Positions 15,630 through 22,735 of a DNA stretch of 64,000 bases are shown here, piece after piece. The notes beneath the pieces were generated by a model. The model had not been told where the DNA came from. It ran no database searches and was given only the letters and a program-made list of their open reading frames with translations. The DNA is from Candidatus Micrarchaeota archaeon (GTDB lineage Archaea > Micrarchaeota > Micrarchaeia > Micrarchaeales > CABMGC01), in assembly GCA_021792095.1 (NCBI GenBank), contig JAJYVH010000001.1:509324-573323 (forward strand). The letters run 5' to 3'. Every line of letters begins with the position of its first letter. Position 1 is the first letter of the stretch. A program made the translations under genes and the position numbers.

Positions 15630-15655
15630 CCCTTGCGGAAACCAGCCCGTTTGTG

Positions 15656-16216
15656 TCAGCCCTTCACTTTCTTGGCCCAGACCCGCAGCGCGAGCAGGAA
15701 CTCGGGCAGTCTCTGCCTCAACTGCTCGTCGACCAACGCGCCCGAGGCATCGAACTTCTTGTCCACGTTGCTTATCATCATCTCAGGCCTGTTGAGCACG
15801 TGCGAATCCAGGAAGATGAAGACCTGGCGCAGGTGGTAGTACGCCCTGGAGCCTCCGAACTGGCCCGGCGAGTTGCTTATGATCGCCACGGGCTTGCCAG
15901 CGAACGGGCTCGTGCCGTAGGGCCTTGAAGCTGCGTCCAGCGCATTCTTCAGCACTCCAGGGACAGAGTAGTTGTATTCAGGAGTGACTATCAGCACCGC
16001 ATCCGCCTTGGCTATCCTTTCCTTGAATTCGGTCAGCCGCGCAGCTGGCTCGTTCTCCCTGTCCTGGTTGTACACAGGTATGCCCTCCAGGTCGAAGATC
16101 TCTACCTCTATGCCATCCGGCGCCAGCAGCTTCGCTGCGTTCAGCACCATCCTGCTGTACGCCCCCTTCCTAAGGCTGCCTGCGAATCCCAGTATTTTGA
16201 AATCGGTCATCATCAC
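15656..16216 (-). CDS. NAD(P)H-dependent FMN reductase family oxidoreductase
   Basis: ILGFAGSLRKGAYS...IVTPEYNYSVPGVLKNALD signature. It overlaps the trxB stop by 4 nt. Confidence 0.8.
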   Translation of the reverse strand: MMMTDFKILGFAGSLRKGAYSRMVLNAAKLLAPDGIEVEIFDLEGIPVYNQDRENEPAARLTEFKERIAKADAVLIVTPEYNYSVPGVLKNALDAASRPYGTSPFAGKPVAIISNSPGQFGGSRAYYHLRQVFIFLDSHVLNRPEMMISNVDKKFDASGALVDEQLRQRLPEFLLALRVWAKKVKG

Positions 16217-17136
16217 ATACCGCTCTGTTCGGAGATGTAGGCCCTGACTGCGAGCGCCGCCTTTATGCCGCTGCCGGAGGCCGTGCCGGCCTGCCTGTAG
16301 ACCCTGTCCGCCACGTCGCCGGCCACGTAAACGCCATCTATGTCTGTCTTTACCTCGTCGTGTGTGACTATGTACTTAAGCTCGTCGAGCCTCAGCTGCC
16401 CCGCGAAGAGCCCTGTGTTGGGCTCGTGGCCTATCGCGGCGAACACTCCGTCTATCGGCATCTCCTTGGTGCTCCCGTCCTTCACGCTTTTCAGCACGAC
16501 AGAATGCACCGTGGCGTCGCCCCTTATCTCTTCCACAGTGCTGTCCCATACTACTTTTATCTTGTCGTTTGCGAACACCTTGTCCTGCATCGCCTTGCTC
16601 GCCCTGAACGCGTCGCGCCTATGCACTATGGTAACCTCCTTGGCGAACCTGGTGAGGAACAGGGAGTCCTCCATGGCAGTGTCCCCTCCACCTACCACTA
16701 TTACCGATTTGCCCTTGTAGAACGGCGCATCGCATGTTGCGCAAGTGCTCACGCCCCTGCCTATGAACCTCTTCTCGGAGTCTATGCCGAGCTGCCTGGC
16801 GTTCGCGCCTGTGGCTATTATTAGCGCCTCGGTCTCGTATGTCTTGTCCTCGACGGTCACCTTTATCGGTTTCGACTTCAGGTCTACGCTCGTGGCGTCC
16901 CTGTCAAGCACCCTGGCGCCGAATTTCTCCGCTTGCTTCCGGAGCAGCTGCACGTACTCCGGCCCGTCGACGCCGTCCGGGAAGCCCGGTATGTTCTCCA
17001 CCTTGGTGGTCAGCATCAGCTGGCCGCCGCTAACGTAACCCCCTATGACCAGGGGCTCGAAGCCCTCCCTGGCGGTGTATATCGCCGCCGACAGGCCAGC
17101 GGGCCCGGATCCCAGTATTATTACCTTCTCTACCAT
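16213..17136 (-). CDS. trxB: Thioredoxin reductase
   Basis: FAD motif GSGPAGLSAA, redox-active CATCD, NADPH motif VVGGGDTAMED. Confidence 0.9.
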   Translation of the reverse strand: MVEKVIILGSGPAGLSAAIYTAREGFEPLVIGGYVSGGQLMLTTKVENIPGFPDGVDGPEYVQLLRKQAEKFGARVLDRDATSVDLKSKPIKVTVEDKTYETEALIIATGANARQLGIDSEKRFIGRGVSTCATCDAPFYKGKSVIVVGGGDTAMEDSLFLTRFAKEVTIVHRRDAFRASKAMQDKVFANDKIKVVWDSTVEEIRGDATVHSVVLKSVKDGSTKEMPIDGVFAAIGHEPNTGLFAGQLRLDELKYIVTHDEVKTDIDGVYVAGDVADRVYRQAGTASGSGIKAALAVRAYISEQSGM

Positions 17137-17140
17137 GCTA

Positions 17141-17446
17141 TCAACCTGTTTCCCTGCACGTCTTCAAATATGCTCCGTAATCGTGGATGTAGCTGTTGAA
17201 AGGCTTTATGATTTTCTTGACGCTGGGGTTTATGCTGTATGTCCTGCTCCTGCCCTTCACCTTCACGTCGACGAATTTGCAGTCGAGCAGGCACTTGAGG
17301 TGGTGTGACAGGTTGCTCTGCTCTATCTTCAGCGACCTCGAGAGCGCCTTCACCGACATGGGCTTCTCTATCAGCGAATTGAGTATCATCATCCTATGCC
17401 TGTCCCCTACCGCGGTAAAGAACAGCGCCTCCGGTTTCTTCATCAT
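17141..17446 (-). CDS. ArsR/SmtB-family winged-helix regulator
   Basis: RHRMMILNSLIEKPMSVKALSRSLKIEQSNLSHHLKCL is the ArsR HTH. It is first in the trxB operon. Confidence 0.8.
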   Translation of the reverse strand: MMKKPEALFFTAVGDRHRMMILNSLIEKPMSVKALSRSLKIEQSNLSHHLKCLLDCKFVDVKVKGRSRTYSINPSVKKIIKPFNSYIHDYGAYLKTCRETG

Positions 17447-17496
17447 TGCAGTTACTGTTATGTGCGTATTTATATTTTAAGCTTTCTATGAATTTA

Positions 17497-17510
17497 TGAA
17501 TTTTTATTCA
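17497..17510. promoter_or_regulatory. Inverted repeat TGAAT-N4-ATTCA in the divergent ArsR/DUF1059 promoter region (candidate operator)
   Basis: tgaatttttattca lies among three TATGAAT direct repeats within the AT-rich 17447-17573 spacer. Confidence 0.3.
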
Positions 17511-17573
17511 ATATATGAATATCTAATCATATATATTTATATATAAGTTCGTGCATAATATGTACGTGGTACA

Positions 17574-17756
17574 ATGGCGAAGAAATACACTTTCGCATGC
17601 AGGGACATAGGAATGAGCTGTGGCTTCAATACAGATGCGGCCAGCATGGACGCACTGCTGCCTAAGATTGCGGAGCACGCGAAGAGCGCGCACGGAATGA
17701 GCAGGATAGACGACGCAACCATGGCGAAGGTAAGGGCGGCGATAAAAGAAGCGTGA
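17574..17756 (+). CDS. DUF1059-family small protein
   Basis: MAKKYTFACRDIGMSCGFNTDA...HAKSAHGM is the typical DUF1059 signature; 60 aa. Confidence 0.7.
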   Translation: MAKKYTFACRDIGMSCGFNTDAASMDALLPKIAEHAKSAHGMSRIDDATMAKVRAAIKEA

Positions 17757-17785
17757 TGGTGGCGGCGCACAGCGCATTTTGATGT

Positions 17786-18445
17786 GTGTTAGCTATGGTA
17801 ATGATAGATGACAAGCTGAAGCAGGAACTCAAAGGCATGTTTGCGAAGGAGCTTTCCGGCAATGTCAAGCTCTGGCTCTTCACGAGCAGCAACAAGGAGG
17901 AGTGCCCGTACTGCGAAGCCACGGCCGAGATGGCGGCCGAGCTTGCAGGAGTAGACGCCAGGATAAGCCTCTTCCAGTACACAGTTGAGGACAACGCCAA
18001 GGAAGCCAAGGTGATGGGCATAGAGCGCGCCCCGGCTCTGCTCATACAGGGCGAGAAGGCGCACAGCGTATACTATTACGGCATACCCGCCGGCTACGAG
18101 TTCAGCTCACTGGTGGAGGATATAATAGACGTGTCCAAGGGCTCGACCAGGCTAGCGGAACGCACCAAGGAGGCTGTGAGGAAAATAGACAGGAACGTGG
18201 ACATAAAGGTGTTCGTCACCCCCACGTGCCCGTACTGCCCGAGGGCGGTGCGCATTGCGCACCAAATGGCCATTGAGAACAGCAGGATAACAGCAAGCAT
18301 GATAGAGGCCGGCGAGTTCGAGCAGCTGTCCGGCAAGTACGGCGTCATGGCGGTGCCCAAGGTAGTCATAAACGACAGGGTTTCGTTCGAAGGGGCGCTG
18401 CCAGAGGAGCAGTTCCTCTCGTACATACGCCAGGCCGTGGCCTGA
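17786..18445 (+). CDS. Protein disulfide oxidoreductase (two thioredoxin-fold units, glutaredoxin-like)
   Basis: Two CPYC motifs (ECPYCEAT and TCPYCPRA) in a ~220-aa PDO-like layout. Confidence 0.8.
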   Translation: MLAMVMIDDKLKQELKGMFAKELSGNVKLWLFTSSNKEECPYCEATAEMAAELAGVDARISLFQYTVEDNAKEAKVMGIERAPALLIQGEKAHSVYYYGIPAGYEFSSLVEDIIDVSKGSTRLAERTKEAVRKIDRNVDIKVFVTPTCPYCPRAVRIAHQMAIENSRITASMIEAGEFEQLSGKYGVMAVPKVVINDRVSFEGALPEEQFLSYIRQAVA

Positions 18446-18496
18446 TTCCTGAAGCTTTAAGTATTTGATTATCTCAGGCTACTCAGGCGACTCTGG

Positions 18497-19459
18497 GTGG
18501 CTCTGCATCTCGGCGATTACAGGATAGCGCTCGACTCCAGGGACAGCGAAGCCAACGTCAATTTCATTTCCCACGCCCATTCTGACCACATCTCCGGCGT
18601 TTCAAAGGGCAGGAGGCTCATAGCAAGCAGCATAACCAGGGAGCTGATAGAGGCAAGATACGGTTTGCGCACAGAGCTCGAGCAGCCGCCGAAGGGCGCG
18701 GAGCTGCTCAACGCTGGCCACGTGCTCGGATCGAAGCAGTTCTACGTGGACGACCCTGTGCACGGCTACTCGCTGCTCTACAGCGGCGACTACCAGATGG
18801 TGGAGTCAGCGGCGGCGGAGCGAATAGAGCTGAAGCATGCCGACGTGCTCATACTGGATTCCACGTATCCCTATCCGTGGCTGCGCTTCGGCGAGCGCGA
18901 GGATACAGTAAGGGCGATGCAGCTCTACGCCAAGACGAAGATGGAGAACGGGCATGTGGTTTTCGGGGCGTATGCGGTCGGCAAGGCCCAGGAGATAATA
19001 AGGATACTCAACGACGCGGGCATAACTCCGGCTGTCGACGCCAAGATAGCAGGGGTGAACGAGGTCTACAAACGGCACGGTGTGCATCTCGATTACTTCG
19101 TGGCTGATAACTCTGGCAAGGAGCAGGTGTTGGTGGTGGAGGGCTCCAGGCTCGGCGAGTTCAAGAATGCTATCACGTCGCGCAGCAACAGGCGCGTGTT
19201 CACTGCTGTGGCATCGGGCTGGGCCAAGATGTACCGTTTCGGCACTGACGTGCAGTTCCCGCTCAGCGACCATGCCGATTTCCAGCAGGCGCTCGCTTAC
19301 ATAAACGCGTGCGACCCCGAAGTCATTCTTACGTGCGGGAACTCCGCAGGGCTTTTTGCAAAGAACCTGGGCGCATTGGGCTACGATGCGAGGCCGCTGG
19401 CCAAGCTTTCACAGTTCAGGCAGTCCAGCCTGCTAGTATGCAGCCTAGGCAGCAGATGA
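18497..19459 (+). CDS. Metallo-beta-lactamase-fold (beta-CASP-like) nuclease
   Basis: SHAHSDHISG (HxHxDH) and a C-terminal LSDHADF motif. GTG start. Confidence 0.65.
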   Translation: MALHLGDYRIALDSRDSEANVNFISHAHSDHISGVSKGRRLIASSITRELIEARYGLRTELEQPPKGAELLNAGHVLGSKQFYVDDPVHGYSLLYSGDYQMVESAAAERIELKHADVLILDSTYPYPWLRFGEREDTVRAMQLYAKTKMENGHVVFGAYAVGKAQEIIRILNDAGITPAVDAKIAGVNEVYKRHGVHLDYFVADNSGKEQVLVVEGSRLGEFKNAITSRSNRRVFTAVASGWAKMYRFGTDVQFPLSDHADFQQALAYINACDPEVILTCGNSAGLFAKNLGALGYDARPLAKLSQFRQSSLLVCSLGSR

Positions 19460-19595
19460 AGGCGCTACGTTGTATACAATTTCGGGATCGGCGTAGTGGA
19501 ATGCTAGGCAGCCCGGCAGGCCAAACCTAAGCGTACAGAACACTAAAGAAGCTTAACTGGCATATACTTGCGCTGCTTGCGGCAAGAGTGGTAGT

Positions 19596-20618
19596 GTGAC
19601 AGGAGAAGGCGAGGGAAGCAGGACGTACAAGTACATAGTCGTGCTCCTGGGCGTGGTGTCCGTGCTGATGGCCGCGGCGACAGTGTACGTAATGGGGGTG
19701 GTGAGCCTAAACTACGGCGCGGGCCTGGCGATAGTGGGCCTGGCGAACAACAGGGGCCTGGTGAATTCGACAGCAGCGAACATACCCTTGATATCGAGCG
19801 AGATAGGGGCGCTCCACAGCGCCATGGACGAGATATACGTGCTTGCGCTGATATCCTTCGCGCTGCTTGGCGTGTCCTTCGTCCTCTACACCGGCAGGTC
19901 AGCCAGGCACGCCGCGTTCACTAGGAGGTACACGCTCCTGCATACCGTCCTTACCCTAATCTACGCAAGCCTTCTCTACCTTGTGCTCTCCAGCATCTCC
20001 ATAAACTACACAAGCCTGTACTTCCTTTCTCTGTTCGCAGCGATAGCCGCGGCCATAGTGATAGACGCGTATCTAGAGGTGAGCATACACGTAAACTACG
20101 GGTCCGGCCGGGTGCGCAACAGGGGTACGCTGCGCATAGAGCCCGGCACACCGTACAGCAACCTGCTCAATCTCCGCGACACTGTCTTCTCCAATCTGGG
20201 CGGCGACGTGAGGATAGTGGACAAGCACTTCAACTCGGCAGCCCTCTCGAACCTCTACAGGCTGATCGAGACCGGCCTGCCCACCATAAAGAGGCTGGAG
20301 GTGCTCACCTCCAGCGAGATGCTCGACGCCAAGTTCAACGACAACTACACCGACTTCAAGAACGAGATGAATGCTGCAGGCATAGAGTTGGATTTCATGC
20401 TCATGAGCAGCGGCAACGCAACAGAGCAGCACGAGCGCTTCATCTTCGACGACGCAAGGGCCTACAAGATACCCCCGCTCAACATAATAAACAGGAAGAG
20501 CGAGCACATAGTGCCGCTGAGCATTTCGGAGGCGAGGCGCAGGTTCGCGGCGCTATCCAAGGACGCAACAAAGTACGAGAATTACATAGTGAAGCAGGCG
20601 CGCGGCACTGGTGCATAG
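19596..20618 (+). CDS. Membrane protein with a C-terminal MITD1-type PLD-like domain (tentative)
   Basis: About 5 TM helices, then VRIVDKHF...IKRLEVLTS...AGIELDFMLMS...QHERFIFDDARAYKIP, collinear with the IxDPYI...I.LxT...HDRxI pattern of MITD1-like PLD folds. Confidence 0.4.
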   Translation: MTGEGEGSRTYKYIVVLLGVVSVLMAAATVYVMGVVSLNYGAGLAIVGLANNRGLVNSTAANIPLISSEIGALHSAMDEIYVLALISFALLGVSFVLYTGRSARHAAFTRRYTLLHTVLTLIYASLLYLVLSSISINYTSLYFLSLFAAIAAAIVIDAYLEVSIHVNYGSGRVRNRGTLRIEPGTPYSNLLNLRDTVFSNLGGDVRIVDKHFNSAALSNLYRLIETGLPTIKRLEVLTSSEMLDAKFNDNYTDFKNEMNAAGIELDFMLMSSGNATEQHERFIFDDARAYKIPPLNIINRKSEHIVPLSISEARRRFAALSKDATKYENYIVKQARGTGA

Positions 20619-20637
20619 TGCCGCTGTGGTGAAACAC

Positions 20638-21435
20638 ATGGCAGATGCAAAACAGCAGTATCCCAAGGTCGTCTTTTCCCTAAACCGTTCTTTGGATAAA
20701 AAGTGGCTATGTCTCTTTCTTCAGAGGCGTAGCATGCGCAACCACATACTCGCTACCAATCCCAACTTGCCACTGTTCTTGAAATCTGCTAGAACAGAGG
20801 AGGCAGCTGTTTCCGCCTATGTAAACGACTTCTATAGAGAGCATGAGGAAGCAATGAAAAGATTGGTGCAGAGATTGCAAACGGAATGGAGCAAAACAAA
20901 CGACAAAGTAATGGAAGGGCTAGAGGAGATAATGGAAAAGAAGTGGTCTAAGATAGGGAAAATGCGCGCTTACCTTACCCTATGCTCGACAGCAGGCAGG
21001 TTCCTTGATTCGCATGAATTTCAAGTAACGTTTATGGGGAAGAGCATAAATGAGATGATGAGCAACGTTCTGCACGAGATAACGCATTTCCTGTATTTCG
21101 ACAAATGGAGGGATGTTTTCCCTGAAGACAAGGCTCAAGAGTTCAGCAATCCCCATCTTATTTGGACGCTGAGCGAGATACTGGTAGTGCCCATAGACAA
21201 CGACCCAAGAGTAAGGGCCTACATGGCCAGCGACCCAAGGATTCACCCGGACCATCTCCGTGCTGTACTGAACCGCAATGGTGCGAAGCTCAGCCTGTCC
21301 CAGTATTTTACTTGGCTCTACAAAAGAAGAATCTTAGAACAGAAAGTGCCGTTTGCCGATTTCCTTAAGGAGGCAAGGGAAGAGATATTCGGCATGCGAA
21401 ATGAGCTTAAAACGGCAAACATACCGTGCAGCTAG
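20638..21435 (+). CDS. HExxH-motif protein (putative zinc metallopeptidase), AT-richer than its neighbours
   Basis: LHEITHFLYF. ATG at 20638 (the track ORF starts at GTG 20611), 19 nt after the upstream stop. Confidence 0.45.
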   Translation: MADAKQQYPKVVFSLNRSLDKKWLCLFLQRRSMRNHILATNPNLPLFLKSARTEEAAVSAYVNDFYREHEEAMKRLVQRLQTEWSKTNDKVMEGLEEIMEKKWSKIGKMRAYLTLCSTAGRFLDSHEFQVTFMGKSINEMMSNVLHEITHFLYFDKWRDVFPEDKAQEFSNPHLIWTLSEILVVPIDNDPRVRAYMASDPRIHPDHLRAVLNRNGAKLSLSQYFTWLYKRRILEQKVPFADFLKEAREEIFGMRNELKTANIPCS

Positions 21436-21449
21436 GCGTGTAGCCAAAC

Positions 21450-21899
21450 CTATGCCTTAGGCTTCCTGCCGGGCGGCTTGGGCAGCTTCAGGTCAGGGAA
21501 CGCCTTCTCTAGCATCTCCACGTTCACGTCGAAGTCGAAGGATAGGCCCTGCACCGTCTTCCTGAAAAGATAGGTAGAAGCGACCTCATTGAGCTCTGGC
21601 CTTGAGTTAGTGGCCGCTGTTATTGTTTCCTTCGCCTCGCCTGTGCCGAGCTTCTGCACCACCTGCGCCAGCGTGTTGTAGCTCTTCCTAGAGCCAGAAG
21701 TGAGCTGCGCAGCGTACGCGTCGAGCTTGGCTGTGTCGATGCCCAGCAGCTCGAAGGCCTTCTTGTCTATGCTCTGCCTTATGCCAGCGAGCTGTGCGAC
21801 TATCTCCTCGGGCTTGGTGCTTGCATCTATGCGTATCTTCTTCACAGCGACCCAGTCTTTGTACTTGGCCAGGAACTCGATGGAGTTGCTGTCGTCCAT
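21450..21899 (-). CDS. Hypothetical protein
   Basis: 149-aa ORF with clean coding appearance and a Lys/Pro-rich C-terminal tail. No family recognised. Confidence 0.45.
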   Translation of the reverse strand: MDDSNSIEFLAKYKDWVAVKKIRIDASTKPEEIVAQLAGIRQSIDKKAFELLGIDTAKLDAYAAQLTSGSRKSYNTLAQVVQKLGTGEAKETITAATNSRPELNEVASTYLFRKTVQGLSFDFDVNVEMLEKAFPDLKLPKPPGRKPKA

Positions 21900-21911
21900 G
21901 CTTTTGTCCTT

Positions 21912-22133
21912 CTAGGCTTGCTGTATCAGATAGTAGCCCGCCGCCTTCTCACGAGCGACGCGTTTTACCACGTTCTTCTGGGAGAGCGCCACAAGGGCGT
22001 TGGTAACCATGCTCTTCGGCCTGTTGCACTTCTTCGCTATGTCGTCGGCTGTCTTGAGCGAGCTGTCCTTGGTTGCGCCAAGTTCCTTCAGTGCGTTCAC
22101 TATCAGCTGCTCTACCGGGTTCAGGTCTGCCAT
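21912..22133 (-). CDS. Small winged-helix DNA-binding protein
   Basis: MADLNPVEQLIVNALKELG...DDIAKKCNRPKSMVTNALVALSQKNVVKRV is wHTH-like. The start could be 22145. Confidence 0.5.
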   Translation of the reverse strand: MADLNPVEQLIVNALKELGATKDSSLKTADDIAKKCNRPKSMVTNALVALSQKNVVKRVAREKAAGYYLIQQA

Positions 22134-22172
22134 AATATCACGCAAACTTAATCAACGTCATTCTATTAAAGG

Positions 22173-22325
22173 CTACTTCTTGACCTTTATCTCGCGCCTC
22201 TTCGGCCTCAGGTAGTGCGAGCCGCACTTCCTGCACTTGGCAGCTCCGGCCTTGTTCCTGGCTTTGCACTTCTTGCAGATCCATACCTTCGCGAGCGCCT
22301 CGTCCGCCAACTGGAATCTTCCCAT
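22173..22325 (-). CDS. rpl40e: 50S ribosomal protein L40e
   Basis: MGRFQLADEALAKVWICKKCKARNKAGAAKCRKCGSHYLRPKRREIKVKK is a C4 zinc-ribbon L40e. At 50 aa it is missed by the track, which shows an out-of-frame shadow (22138..22338). Confidence 0.85.
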   Translation of the reverse strand: MGRFQLADEALAKVWICKKCKARNKAGAAKCRKCGSHYLRPKRREIKVKK

Positions 22326-22374
22326 TTCCTTTCACCAAAAAGCAGTAGGCTTTGGCAATGAAGTAATAAAAAGC

Positions 22375-22731
22375 CTACGCACCTAGCCTCTTCAGGTAAG
22401 CAGCGATGCTTTCGTAGGGCTCCATGCCCTCCATGTTCCTGACGCGAAGCCTTACGCCCTTGTCTATCTCGTCCTCGAAATCAAGCACCTTGCTGTACTT
22501 GGGCATCTTGCACCATTCCACAAGGTTTATGTGGAACGTCCCGTTGATGTACTCCTTGTCGGCCTCGTCGTTGTTCAGCGGGAAGATTGTGAAGAGCACG
22601 CCGCTGGCCCACGCGAGCGGGGCAGCGCCTCCGGGCCCCATCACGTTGGCTACGAGCTCCTCGCTCGAATCCGACTCGTGCACCTCATGTATCACCACCT
22701 TTTCCACAGGCCTTATTTTCACTTCCACCAT
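22375..22731 (-). CDS. Conserved-looking hypothetical protein downstream of leuS
   Basis: The start was set at ATG 22731 (MVEVKIRPVEK...), 4 nt after the leuS stop. The longer track ORF overlaps leuS. Confidence 0.5.
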   Translation of the reverse strand: MVEVKIRPVEKVVIHEVHESDSSEELVANVMGPGGAAPLAWASGVLFTIFPLNNDEADKEYINGTFHINLVEWCKMPKYSKVLDFEDEIDKGVRLRVRNMEGMEPYESIAAYLKRLGA

Positions 22732-22735
22732 GATA

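Noticed and set aside
22138-22338. 66-aa track ORF
   Set aside because: It is out of frame with respect to the clear L40e zinc-ribbon gene occupying the same DNA.
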